DNA of 64,000 nucleotides from Dehalococcoidia bacterium (GTDB lineage Bacteria > Chloroflexota > Dehalococcoidia > Plut-88900): contig OZ240215.1 in NCBI GenBank assembly GCA_965197585.1, positions 640,001 to 704,000 of the forward strand. The letters run 5' to 3'. This document shows positions 9,814 to 19,338 of this stretch, piece after piece. Positions within the stretch are counted from its first letter, which is position 1; each line of letters starts with the position of its first letter. A model generated the notes under the pieces. It ran no database searches. It saw nothing but the letters and a program-made list of their open reading frames with translations, and was not told the origin of the DNA. Both the position numbers and the translations under genes were made by a program.

Positions 9814-10914
9814 TTGCACGCAATAGTAATAGGCGCCGGCGTGATCGGCGCTTCAATAGCTTACTATCTCAGCGCAGCGGGCGCACGCGTCACCGTGATC
9901 GAGCGTGGCAGGCCGGGTGGAGGGACTTCGGGGACGTCGACAGCCTACGTGAACGCCGTCCTAAAGCGGCCCGAGCATTACCACCGCTTCAGCCGTTTGG
10001 GTGTCGAGGCGTACGACCAACTGGAAGAAGAGCTGGGGCCAAACAGCGGAATCGGGTCTCGGGGAGCGCTCCATTGGCCCGGGTCGATGCCCGGTAGCCT
10101 TCGGACTTTCGACCGTACCCTTGCAGAGTTGGAAGAGTGGGATTACCCCCATGAAGTCCTTTCCCCGCAACAGGCTTCCAAGATTGAGCCCAACGTCCGA
10201 GTCAAAGACCACTCCGGCCCAGTCCTCTATCTCCCCAACGAACGTTGGGTAGAAGGCGAGACCCTGGCCCGTACCCTATGTGACAGGGCCGTCGATATGG
10301 GCGCTAGGCTCATGGACTCATGCCCGGTAATCGAGATAGTCTCTTCCGGTGGACGGGCCACGGGCGTTGATACCGGCCTTGGGTTCGTGGCTGGGGACCA
10401 GGTCGTCGTGGCGGCTGGTGTGTCGAGCGTGGGTATTCTGGCCCCCTTGGGCTATCGACTTCCATTGGGTCGCTCGGTTGGCGTGTTAGTCAAGTTTCGC
10501 CCCCCGACCCCCCTGCTCAACGGCGTTGTATATCCCGGCAAATACCACTGCCGCCCGACTGAGGGAGGTGGCGTCATAATCGGCAGCGACGATTTCGATA
10601 TCATGGCCGACGAGTACACCGATACTTCAAAGCCTCCCTCATGGCTCTACGGCCTCCGCGACATCGCCGCCCAGGACATACGCGGCCTCGGTTCCCTGCC
10701 CATCGAAGAATTCCGCATCGGCCTCCGGCCCTTGCCCTCCGACGGCCTCCCGCTAATCGGACCAGTTCCCGGCGTGGAGGGCGTCTATGCCGCGGTCATG
10801 CACAGCGGCATAACACTAGCAGCGATAGTTGGCCGTACGGTGGCGGAGGAGGTGGGGCGGGGGGAGGAGTTGGGGGTGGTGGGGGGGTATCGGTTGGACA
10901 GATCCATCTCGTAG
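9814..10914 (+). CDS. FAD-dependent oxidoreductase (DAO/glycine oxidase family)
   Basis: VIGAGVIG, GLRPLPSDGLPLIG, HSGITLA; start at TTG 9814 is likely. Confidence 0.88.
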   Translation: MHAIVIGAGVIGASIAYYLSAAGARVTVIERGRPGGGTSGTSTAYVNAVLKRPEHYHRFSRLGVEAYDQLEEELGPNSGIGSRGALHWPGSMPGSLRTFDRTLAELEEWDYPHEVLSPQQASKIEPNVRVKDHSGPVLYLPNERWVEGETLARTLCDRAVDMGARLMDSCPVIEIVSSGGRATGVDTGLGFVAGDQVVVAAGVSSVGILAPLGYRLPLGRSVGVLVKFRPPTPLLNGVVYPGKYHCRPTEGGGVIIGSDDFDIMADEYTDTSKPPSWLYGLRDIAAQDIRGLGSLPIEEFRIGLRPLPSDGLPLIGPVPGVEGVYAAVMHSGITLAAIVGRTVAEEVGRGEELGVVGGYRLDRSIS

Positions 10915-10939
10915 ATGAGTATCAATCGCACCTCACTTC

Positions 10940-11350
10940 TTAAATTAAGAGAGTTGCGAACCCAGCTTGCTCGAAATTGTGGTCTTCAGCCAAGGCCTCC
11001 CAAATGCACCTTTGCCTCATCAGCACAAAACTCGCACAATCGGTTAGGCTCCAGTGTTGATCAGATCGTGAAGCGTACAGATCTAAGGCAGCCTCAAACT
11101 GATTGCTTGTCTGTGGGACAACTTCTACGTTAGGCTCGATTTTCAAGCTAGTGACCGTCTCTGCAGCACGTTGCCTTAGTTGCTGCCCTCCGGCGCTTAT
11201 GTAAGTCAGGAATTCAACTAATACCATTTCTGTGGTAACAATACGGAAAGGGGCAAGTTGTGTAGCCAGTCGCTTCGCCTTTTCATGCAGGGTGTCTCGG
11301 GGATTCAGCAGTGCAATCCAGTATCCAGTGTCAGCAAAAACCGTTTTCAC
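10940..11350 (-). CDS. vapC: PIN-domain (VapC-like) toxin
   Basis: VFADTGYWIAL, VLVEF, WSLTDCASF, EDHNFEQAGF. Confidence 0.9.
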   Translation of the reverse strand: MKTVFADTGYWIALLNPRDTLHEKAKRLATQLAPFRIVTTEMVLVEFLTYISAGGQQLRQRAAETVTSLKIEPNVEVVPQTSNQFEAALDLYASRSDQHWSLTDCASFVLMRQRCIWEALAEDHNFEQAGFATLLI

Positions 11351-11356
11351 TTGGGC

Positions 11357-12748
11357 CTATTCCTTTGGCCAGCCGTAAAGATAATGTTTGTAGTTCCTTG
11401 CACCGTCGGACGGTAGGCTATCGAATGCGCCGGCCGGAATGGATTCTCGGATTTTCCGGACCGTTTCCAAGACTGACAACCCTGCGTCTGGCTTTGATAT
11501 AGTTTCTTCGATGCTGACCATGTCTACAATGTCTTCCGGTGCCTTGAGCCCAGTTCGTTGCTGGAAGTCGTTAACGTCACGATAACTGGCACGGAAAGCT
11601 GTAACCAGATTCGCCCCCATATTACTGGCACTGATCAGGTCTGTCCGGGCTTTTCCCCATTCTCCGATTACCATAAAACCAATCCCGCGATTGGTGAAGG
11701 CTGCCTTGTTTGGCCTTAGAGTTAGCGCCTTGTCGAAATCTTGCATTGCACGGGCATGGTTGCCCTTTCTTAGATATGCAACTCCGCGATCGTTATATGC
11801 GTTGCAATTGTTCGGGTCTAGGGCCAATGCCTTGTCTATGTCACGGATGGCTTGGTCTAGGTTGCCTTTATCCGAATGTGCCGAGCCGCGCCAAACGTAT
11901 AAGAAGACACGGTTGGGGTCCAATTCTAATGCCCTATCGAGGTCTCGGATCACCCAGTCCAACTCACCTTTCCTGGCGAACGCAATCGCGCGTGCATAGT
12001 AGGCATAGATGTAGCCGGGGTCTAGGACTATCGACTCTCCAAAGTCCTCTATAGCTTTGTCCAAGTCGCCTTTTTTGCTGTGAGCTATTCCTCGCTCTAG
12101 ATAGAGGTAGGGGTCGCGTCTGTCCAGAGCCAAAGCTTTCTCGAAGTAAGTTATGGCGCGCTCATAGTTGGCTAGAAGGGAGTGAACGCTGCCAATGCTT
12201 ACGTAGGAGGTTGCATTATTGGGGTCTAGAGCTAACGCTTTTTCGTAATCCCGAATGGCGTGATCATAATCCGATTTGTGTATGTAGGAGTGACCACGAT
12301 AATTATAGGCTTCTATGTTGCGCGGATTTAGATCCAACGCATTGGAGTAGTCTTTTATGGCTCGGTTGTAATCACCTTTCTTAAAGTAGATGTTGCCACG
12401 ATTGTGATGCGCTTGCGATGAGGGCGCTAGATTTAAACTCGTGCTGAAATCTTGTAGCGCCAAGTCCAGATTGCCTATGCTTTCATAGGCAACTCCACGG
12501 TTCACATATAAGCCTGCTATATCCGGACAAAGTTCAATTGCCTTAGTGTAATAGGATATTGCTCCTTGGTAGTCATGCGTTTCCTGGCAAGACCAAGCTT
12601 GGTCAATTATATCGTCGTATGTGCCTACTACCTCTCCTGAACTGTGACGAATGCCAGCCAGATCGATGATTTTGGCCTGGGCGCTCTGATTGGGAGGGAA
12701 CCTTCCCTCGACTCTATAGATTGGCGTGATGGTCTCTGCAGTTACCAT
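11357..12748 (-). CDS. TPR-repeat protein with C-terminal antitoxin-like segment
   Basis: About 9 TPR repeats (YxNRG...AIxDYxxALxLxP); C-terminal LPSDGARNYKHYLYGWPKE; 6 nt upstream of the PIN gene. Confidence 0.85.
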   Translation of the reverse strand: MVTAETITPIYRVEGRFPPNQSAQAKIIDLAGIRHSSGEVVGTYDDIIDQAWSCQETHDYQGAISYYTKAIELCPDIAGLYVNRGVAYESIGNLDLALQDFSTSLNLAPSSQAHHNRGNIYFKKGDYNRAIKDYSNALDLNPRNIEAYNYRGHSYIHKSDYDHAIRDYEKALALDPNNATSYVSIGSVHSLLANYERAITYFEKALALDRRDPYLYLERGIAHSKKGDLDKAIEDFGESIVLDPGYIYAYYARAIAFARKGELDWVIRDLDRALELDPNRVFLYVWRGSAHSDKGNLDQAIRDIDKALALDPNNCNAYNDRGVAYLRKGNHARAMQDFDKALTLRPNKAAFTNRGIGFMVIGEWGKARTDLISASNMGANLVTAFRASYRDVNDFQQRTGLKAPEDIVDMVSIEETISKPDAGLSVLETVRKIRESIPAGAFDSLPSDGARNYKHYLYGWPKE

Positions 12749-12820
12749 TTCTCACCTTACTTGCAGGATTAACTGCGAATACGTTAAGCAATTGTACAGC
12801 ATGGAAAGGAGAACGGGGCG

Positions 12821-14059
12821 CTATCTGCTCATTCGCTCAGCTTTAACTTCGCCCGGCACCCGAGGCTGTCTCAGCAGCATCACAAATACCGCTGTTGCCA
12901 CCAGTGCCCCGACGCATATGTAGTAGAACAGCCGGTAGGAGTCCTGCGCGTCGGCTATTCCCCCGGCCATGATCGGGCCGGCTACCCCTCCCGCCGTGGA
13001 CAAAAGCCGGAGCCCGCCTTGTATCGTGCCGAAGTTCCGGGCCCCGAACAGGTCGGCCTGCAGCGCCGACCGCACCGGTATCACCCCACCCGACCCCACC
13101 CCATAGAAAAATGACCCTGCTATAGCCAGCAAAGGTGTCGCAAGGTTGGCTAACAGCACCAACCCCATAGCTTGGATTGCCAGACTGACCACCACTACAG
13201 CCTTCTTATCGACGAAATCTGACAGCGATCCCATCCCCAGCCGACCTATCACGCTGAATAGCGGTACCCCCGCGGCCGCTGCGCCCGCCACGGTCAACGA
13301 TACGTTTCCATCCAGCTTCAGTGCAGAGATCAACTGGGAGATTACCGCCCCGTGGACCAGCGTCCACAGCGTAAACACAGCCCCCAGGTACCAGAAGGTC
13401 CGCGTGGATAAAGCCTCCTTGAAACGAAAGTCGACCTCCGTGCGTCTGGAGTAGACGGGGGAATTAGTTCCTGCCACGTCGCCGTCGGGCAGGAGTCCAT
13501 ATTGCTCAGGCCGATGCCTGAATACCAGGGCTAGCGGCAGGATGACCGCCCATGATGCAATACCCAACACTTGTACCGTGGTCCGCCACCCAAACTGGGA
13601 AATAAGCACCACGAGCAGGTAAACCATGATCCCGCTGAACGCCGAGCCCAGCGAGATGATCCCCATGCTCCGGCCTCTCTTTCGGCGAAACCACTGGGCC
13701 GCAGCAATATATGTAACGATTGGGTTGCACCCGCTGGACCCTACGGAGATGACCAGGAACATAACGTAGAACATCCCCAGCCCATCTATGTAGCCCAGAA
13801 GGAGAAACCCGACCCCGTAGATAACCCCGCCCACCATGATGACTCGCCTCGGGCCCAGCTTGTCGACCAGCACGCCCACCACCGGCGCAGCTATCCCGCT
13901 CTCCCCTTGCTGCAACGCAAAGGCCACAGAGGTCAGGGCTCTCGACCACCCGAACTCCTCGATAATCGGGTCGAACAGCGCCGAGAATCCATAGAAGAAT
14001 GCCCCCGTAATGATCGACACCGGTATTGAGCCGATGACGATCCACCATCCGTAGAACAA
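12821..14059 (-). CDS. MFS transporter
   Basis: FYGWWIV, GVLVDKLGPRR, 12-TM pattern; the true start may lie slightly upstream. Confidence 0.88.
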   Translation of the reverse strand: MFYGWWIVIGSIPVSIITGAFFYGFSALFDPIIEEFGWSRALTSVAFALQQGESGIAAPVVGVLVDKLGPRRVIMVGGVIYGVGFLLLGYIDGLGMFYVMFLVISVGSSGCNPIVTYIAAAQWFRRKRGRSMGIISLGSAFSGIMVYLLVVLISQFGWRTTVQVLGIASWAVILPLALVFRHRPEQYGLLPDGDVAGTNSPVYSRRTEVDFRFKEALSTRTFWYLGAVFTLWTLVHGAVISQLISALKLDGNVSLTVAGAAAAGVPLFSVIGRLGMGSLSDFVDKKAVVVVSLAIQAMGLVLLANLATPLLAIAGSFFYGVGSGGVIPVRSALQADLFGARNFGTIQGGLRLLSTAGGVAGPIMAGGIADAQDSYRLFYYICVGALVATAVFVMLLRQPRVPGEVKAERMSR

Positions 14060-14111
14060 TTTGGGTCTGGGAGTTATTGGGCCATCCTCCGCTCGGTCTT
14101 TTCCCTTATCC

Positions 14112-14969
14112 TCAGGCAGTATTTTGGTGGTTGGAAGGGCGAATTGCTTCTTCCCGATTGACCCGCGCCTGTGTCATCCCTGCTTCCAAAGTTTGGGCGT
14201 AGATCGACTCCACGTAATTACGTCTGAGCACCGCAATCCCCGATTCCGTCAGACTCCTGGGAATAGAGTACTCCTCCATCATCCCCTCTAATGCTATAGG
14301 GCTGGCGTCCTGTGTCTTCAGGCATCTCGCCATCGACTCCAGAGTGCTTAGCGTTATAGCCTGCGCTTCCGCACTGGTAAACCCGTTGGCAGACCCGAAC
14401 TCTACGAAGGCCTTGAGCACCGGCCATATAAACGTTTGACCCGCCGCGTGGAGCAATACGAACGTGTCCATCGCCTCCTCCCGGATGGTGATGACATGTT
14501 CGCAAAAGCGGCCCCAATAGGATTCCAGGTCTCGGATACGCTCCGGGTCCGAACCCGGTTCGGGGCAGAGGGCCAGGTAGCCCAGCCTCAGTGACATATA
14601 CGATGTCGGGAAGACCCAGGCCAGGGTGCATTTGGAAGACAGATACCGGCGGTAGAATGACAGGGGCAGCGATGCAGCGCCCGCGGCGACTATCTGCCCG
14701 TCCCCGATCCCCGGACCGATCTCCTCCATCAGAACCCCCATCTGATCGGGCCTGACAAGCGGATAGATTACATCGGCTCCTTCGCATGCCTCCCGGTTGT
14801 CGGCGTAGACAGTAATACCGTATTTCTCTCGGAGCTCTGCACACCGCTCCGGCCGTCTGTGGGAGGCAACCAACTCGACTCCCTGCGCTCGTTCCTCGGG
14901 CCCGGTCATTGCCGCCAACATAACCTCCCCGAACCCGCCCGCGCCGATAATTGCCACTCGTCGAATCAT
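14112..14969 (-). CDS. Pyrroline-5-carboxylate reductase-like NAD(P)-binding protein (divergent)
   Basis: VAIIGAGGFG; ProC-like layout (VRPDQM, EEAMD, SLTESGIAVL). Confidence 0.7.
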   Translation of the reverse strand: MIRRVAIIGAGGFGEVMLAAMTGPEERAQGVELVASHRRPERCAELREKYGITVYADNREACEGADVIYPLVRPDQMGVLMEEIGPGIGDGQIVAAGAASLPLSFYRRYLSSKCTLAWVFPTSYMSLRLGYLALCPEPGSDPERIRDLESYWGRFCEHVITIREEAMDTFVLLHAAGQTFIWPVLKAFVEFGSANGFTSAEAQAITLSTLESMARCLKTQDASPIALEGMMEEYSIPRSLTESGIAVLRRNYVESIYAQTLEAGMTQARVNREEAIRPSNHQNTA

Positions 14970-15120
14970 TGGATCTTTCACTTTCCCTTGCATTAAGAGT
15001 CCGGCAATGGGCAAAGCCGGCACCGGCCATTCTACCGCCCGGCTCCCTTCCTCGTCTTTCCGTATCCCTCCCCCGACTTGCACATCATCCCGGCATTTCC
15101 GCTACTATGGCCCATCTCCG

Positions 15121-15882
15121 ATGGATGACCGCAACATAAGAGAAACATGGGGCCCGCGTATGAGGCGGGACTGGGACGAACGCGCCCACGCCGATGCTTT
15201 CTACTACTCGACCTGGAAAGTTGGGCACAAGTGGGACCCCGACGAGTTCTTTGAGTCCGGCGAGAGGGACTGTCAGCTTTTCGTAGATCCCATCATCAAG
15301 GAGCTGGGCCTAGAGCCTGTGGACTCAGCGATGTTGGAGTTGGGGTGTGGGGTGGGCCGGATGACCAAGGCGCTCTCTCGCCGCTTTCGCTCCGTCCGTG
15401 CGACCGACGTCTCCCCCGAGATGGTCCAGCAAGGCCAATCCCTCTGCCCCGAGTTGAACAACGTCACCTGGGAAGTCTCCGACGGCTTTGACCTGACCAC
15501 CATCTCGGATGGGTCTCTAGATTTTGCCTTCAGCTTCCTCGTTTTCCAGCACGTGCCGCATAAAGAGATCGTCCTCCACAACGTGGCCGAAATGCTCCGT
15601 GTCCTCAGGCCCGGGGGCGGGTTCCTATTTCAGTACAACGGCGAGACCCGACGGAAGGTCGGGCGGAGGGGACGGCTGATCTGGGGAATTCTCGATCGGT
15701 GGCGTATTCCCCTGCTCCCACGCCTCTTTGGGATCGACACTCGGGAGGCGGGTAAGACCTGGGACGGCGCTCCTCTCACCGGCCAGGAGGTTGAAGCATG
15801 GGTCGAGGCACGGGGTGGTCAGGTAGTCGGGGTGAGGGGGGTGGGCACGCCAGCCGCATGGTGCTGGGGTGTTAAGAAGTAG
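15121..15882 (+). CDS. Class I SAM-dependent methyltransferase
   Basis: LELGCGVGR, DVSPEM, RVLRPGG. Confidence 0.88.
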   Translation: MDDRNIRETWGPRMRRDWDERAHADAFYYSTWKVGHKWDPDEFFESGERDCQLFVDPIIKELGLEPVDSAMLELGCGVGRMTKALSRRFRSVRATDVSPEMVQQGQSLCPELNNVTWEVSDGFDLTTISDGSLDFAFSFLVFQHVPHKEIVLHNVAEMLRVLRPGGGFLFQYNGETRRKVGRRGRLIWGILDRWRIPLLPRLFGIDTREAGKTWDGAPLTGQEVEAWVEARGGQVVGVRGVGTPAAWCWGVKK

Positions 15883-15916
15883 AGATGCGAGGCGCGATCG
15901 GAGACTGATATACCCT

Positions 15917-17137
15917 TCAAGCGGTGGGCAGATCAAAAACGGAAGCGGCCCGGTCGGTGACATATTCCCCTATCGAAAGCGAGGACGTAGCCCCCGGAGA
16001 CGGCGCATTGATCACGTGCACCGCGTTCCGTGTTTCCTTAATCACGAAGTCGTCGACCATGTTGCCGTCCGGCAGCACTGCCTGGGCCCGTACCCCGCTC
16101 CCCCACTTCTCCAGGTCCTCCACCCTAACGCTTGGCACTAGCTTCTGCATCGACTTCACATAAGCCTTCTTGCTCAGCGAGAAATAGACCTCCTGTAGGA
16201 CCGTCCGCCAGTAGCGCATCGCCATCCTCCAGAAGGCCGGCATTGATAGGATAGTCCACGCTTCCTTTGGGTCTAAGTCGGTGATGGAGTATCCCTCCCG
16301 GGACCCGGCGACCATAGCGTTGGGCCCACTCCTGATGACACCTCCCTTTATCCTCCCGAATGTCGCTCCCAGGAACGGGAAGCGGGGGTCGGGGACCGGG
16401 TAGATCAGGTTGCGCACGTAGCCCTTGGCAGCAGGCTTGAGAGCGTAAAACTCGCCGCGGAAGGGGATGAGCCGGACGTTGGTCTTGACGCCCGCCATAG
16501 CTGCGATGTGGTCTGCATGGAGCCCGGCGCAGTTGACGAGGTATCGAGTGGAAACCGTGCCTCGCTCCGTGTTGATCTCAAGCCCTTCCGCCCGAGACCC
16601 TATTCCCCTGACCCGCGCTCCCGTCCACACCTCCCCACCCGACTCCCTGAACAGCTGTGCGTAAGCATCCGTGACTGCGTTGTAGTCCACGATTGCCGTC
16701 TCCGGAGAGTGGATCGCCTTCACTCCGTTGGCGTGGGGCTCGATCTCCCGCAGCCTCTCGGGCCCAATCAGCTCCAGCCCCGAAACCCCGTTGGCCGTGC
16801 CTTTACGGTACAACTCCTCCAGGGCCGGGACCTCCTCCGGGTTGGTTGCCACGATGACCTTGCCACAGTCTTCGTATTCGACATCGTTCTCGTCACAGAA
16901 GGCTTTCAGCATCCGGGCGCCGCGCACGCAGTTTCTCGCCTTCAGGGAGCCCGTGCGATAGTAGATGCCGGTGTGAATTACGCAGTTGTTGTGCCCGGTC
17001 TGGTGCCTCCCGAGACCGTCTTCCTTCTCCAGCACCACACACCGCGCCGATGGGAAGCGTCGGGAAAGTTGAAGGGCAGTCGCCAACCCAACCACCCCTC
17101 CCCCCACGATGGCAATATCGAAACGGATGTCAGCCAC
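15917..17137 (-). CDS. lhgO: L-2-hydroxyglutarate oxidase-like FAD oxidoreductase (second paralog)
   Basis: GGGVVG, HQTGHNNCVIHTGIYY, PVPDPRFPFLG, GVRAQA, APSPGATSSL. Confidence 0.82.
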   Translation of the reverse strand: MADIRFDIAIVGGGVVGLATALQLSRRFPSARCVVLEKEDGLGRHQTGHNNCVIHTGIYYRTGSLKARNCVRGARMLKAFCDENDVEYEDCGKVIVATNPEEVPALEELYRKGTANGVSGLELIGPERLREIEPHANGVKAIHSPETAIVDYNAVTDAYAQLFRESGGEVWTGARVRGIGSRAEGLEINTERGTVSTRYLVNCAGLHADHIAAMAGVKTNVRLIPFRGEFYALKPAAKGYVRNLIYPVPDPRFPFLGATFGRIKGGVIRSGPNAMVAGSREGYSITDLDPKEAWTILSMPAFWRMAMRYWRTVLQEVYFSLSKKAYVKSMQKLVPSVRVEDLEKWGSGVRAQAVLPDGNMVDDFVIKETRNAVHVINAPSPGATSSLSIGEYVTDRAASVFDLPTA

Positions 17138-17858
17138 GGGAAATGTCTTCATCCGAACAATGAATGCCGGACAGCTTTTCAACCCTAGACCAAGTTAATA
17201 TGTTCTCCTTCTTTAGCCAGCCCTTGCAAACCATGAACTGGACCTGAACTTCACGTCTTTTCGTGTCGTCTTTGTCCCACACCACGAATGGAACCACAGC
17301 CTTATTGCGATTGAGATGTTTAAGTAAGATTTTACCCATCACATACTGGCGTATTAGCTGGTGGACTAAAATGTCGCCACTGTCAGTACCAAAACTCATC
17401 TCGTGCTTGGCCTCTCCAATAAACAGATGATTTGGAGATTCCAATACGATATCGATCTCAGTGTTAAAGAGGTTATCGTAAAGCCTTTTAGCCACCTTTG
17501 CTTCGTTGGGGACGACATAGTTATCTGGCTCCAATTTTCGGAACTTCCACCCCTCGGGCGTCCTGAAACATTTGATGCTGTGGTGCAAGTCGGGAAATAG
17601 ACATCTGTAGTGCTGAGCAAATTCGTCAGTTAAATCAGGAGTTTCTTCCTTGGTCTTGTAGACGTGGTCGCGGACGCCCTTCCAGAACAGTTCTAACTTT
17701 ACTTGACCGGGCCGAAGCCTTGGCAGGTTGCAGTCGTCAAACTCACAGTAAGACTTCAAAAGGTTGTTGGCTAAGGAAGCGAGATTCTCAGGATACATAC
17801 GCGCGAAAGTCAGTGCCGTCTTCCAGTTCTCAGTCCTGTTCTTAATACCTAGGATCAT
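17130..17858 (-). CDS. Hypothetical protein with PD-(D/E)xK-like motif
   Basis: TEIDIVLESPNHLFIGEAK followed by HQLIRQY; lower GC than neighbours. Confidence 0.6.
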   Translation of the reverse strand: MILGIKNRTENWKTALTFARMYPENLASLANNLLKSYCEFDDCNLPRLRPGQVKLELFWKGVRDHVYKTKEETPDLTDEFAQHYRCLFPDLHHSIKCFRTPEGWKFRKLEPDNYVVPNEAKVAKRLYDNLFNTEIDIVLESPNHLFIGEAKHEMSFGTDSGDILVHQLIRQYVMGKILLKHLNRNKAVVPFVVWDKDDTKRREVQVQFMVCKGWLKKENILTWSRVEKLSGIHCSDEDISRG

Positions 17859-17868
17859 TGCAGCTCTC

Positions 17869-19215
17869 CTACTTCAATCTCAAATATGGCGACTGCGCCG
17901 GTGGCTCCGACAAGTAACCCTTCGCAAACCGCATCCCAGTTTGGCGGATCAGCTCTGCATCTTCCTCCGGGGTAGGGGCGGATGGCACCTTGGCGGAGGC
18001 CTCGTAGCCGTAGGTGGGGATGGGGTCGGTTATCGGCTCACGGAAGACGCCGACCGGGTCCTCTCCACGGTCCATTGCCTGGATGCCGTCTCGGATCATG
18101 CGGCGCATCAAGATTACCCCCCGATCCGTTGTTGCCAGGTGTTCCAGGTCGTGGACGGCAATGTCCCGCTGCCCGACCTGCGCGTCGTAGTCGGCGGGAA
18201 AGCGTTGCCTGTCCTCATAGGGTCTGGCAGTGCCCGCTAGTTGTGCCATCGTTGCGAACTCAGGGTTGTTGGTATAGGCGTCTTCCTCGCCCTCCGGCGT
18301 CCGGGTGAAGGTGAATTCCAGCGTATTGGTGTCGTCCTGGGGCACTCGCCACCGGAACAGGGTCGGATAGAAGCAGACCTGGTCCTGCCCCTCGTTGTAC
18401 TGGGGTGGCAGGTCGGGGGGCAGGGGGATGTGGCCGATGTTCGGGGCGATGTACTCGACGTTATGCGACCAGATGTGACCGTCAATCCGTCGGGTCACAC
18501 AGCACATCAGCCCGATCGGTGACTCCAGCACCTCAAACGCACCCACGTCCAGCAGGGCTTCGATGGGCCGACCCGCAGAGTCCGTAAATTGGACGTTGCT
18601 TATGCCTGCGTGGAGAAATGCCTCGTGCACCGGGTCTACAACGTTGTCCATCACCTGTAGCCAGTTACAGTGCTTGATGTTCTTCGTCCCGACGGCGAGG
18701 CTCATTCCGGGCGCCGTGTAGGCGTCGTACATCGGGAAGGGGTAGATTTTGTCCGGGGGGCCCATGTAGGCGAAGACGAGGCCATTGAACTCGTGGACCG
18801 GGTAGGCGCCGTGGTAGAGCCGGTCCTTGAGAGTGCTGGTATCAGGCTCACCCGGCGTCTCCAGTATCTTGCCGCTGATGTCGAAGAGCCAGCCGTGGTA
18901 GCAGCACCGGATGCCCCCGTCCTCGATCTTGCCGTACTCCAGAGACGTGCCCCGATGGCAACAGTGCAGCTCCAGCAGCCCCGCTCTTCCGGCGTCATCC
19001 CGAAAAGCAACCAGGTCCTCCCCGAGGATGCGTATTCTGACAGGCAGGTCATTCAGTTCGTCGGAGTGGGCAACGGGCTGCCAGAACCGCCGCAAATACT
19101 CGCCGGTCGGGGTCCCGGGCCCGACGTGGGTCAGGTCCACGTCCTCCGTGGGTATGTCCCTGTGCAAATAGCCGGAATAGGTCTCGGTCAGAAAAGCTGG
19201 TTTTGAGCTTGGCAT
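17869..19215 (-). CDS. Rieske non-heme iron oxygenase alpha subunit
   Basis: CCHRG...CCYHGW Rieske motif; DNVVDPVHEAFLH iron site; GGAGG RBS before ATG 19215. Confidence 0.92.
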   Translation of the reverse strand: MPSSKPAFLTETYSGYLHRDIPTEDVDLTHVGPGTPTGEYLRRFWQPVAHSDELNDLPVRIRILGEDLVAFRDDAGRAGLLELHCCHRGTSLEYGKIEDGGIRCCYHGWLFDISGKILETPGEPDTSTLKDRLYHGAYPVHEFNGLVFAYMGPPDKIYPFPMYDAYTAPGMSLAVGTKNIKHCNWLQVMDNVVDPVHEAFLHAGISNVQFTDSAGRPIEALLDVGAFEVLESPIGLMCCVTRRIDGHIWSHNVEYIAPNIGHIPLPPDLPPQYNEGQDQVCFYPTLFRWRVPQDDTNTLEFTFTRTPEGEEDAYTNNPEFATMAQLAGTARPYEDRQRFPADYDAQVGQRDIAVHDLEHLATTDRGVILMRRMIRDGIQAMDRGEDPVGVFREPITDPIPTYGYEASAKVPSAPTPEEDAELIRQTGMRFAKGYLSEPPAQSPYLRLK

Positions 19216-19338
19216 CGGTGTGCCTCCGTCACAGTGGAAGTAGATAAAAGGCGAATGGTGATCCAAGCGCTAGATTAACACGGCGCACAAGTGTCAAGCT
19301 GCATGATCCCGTTCACATAGAGGGGTGACATCACCCCC

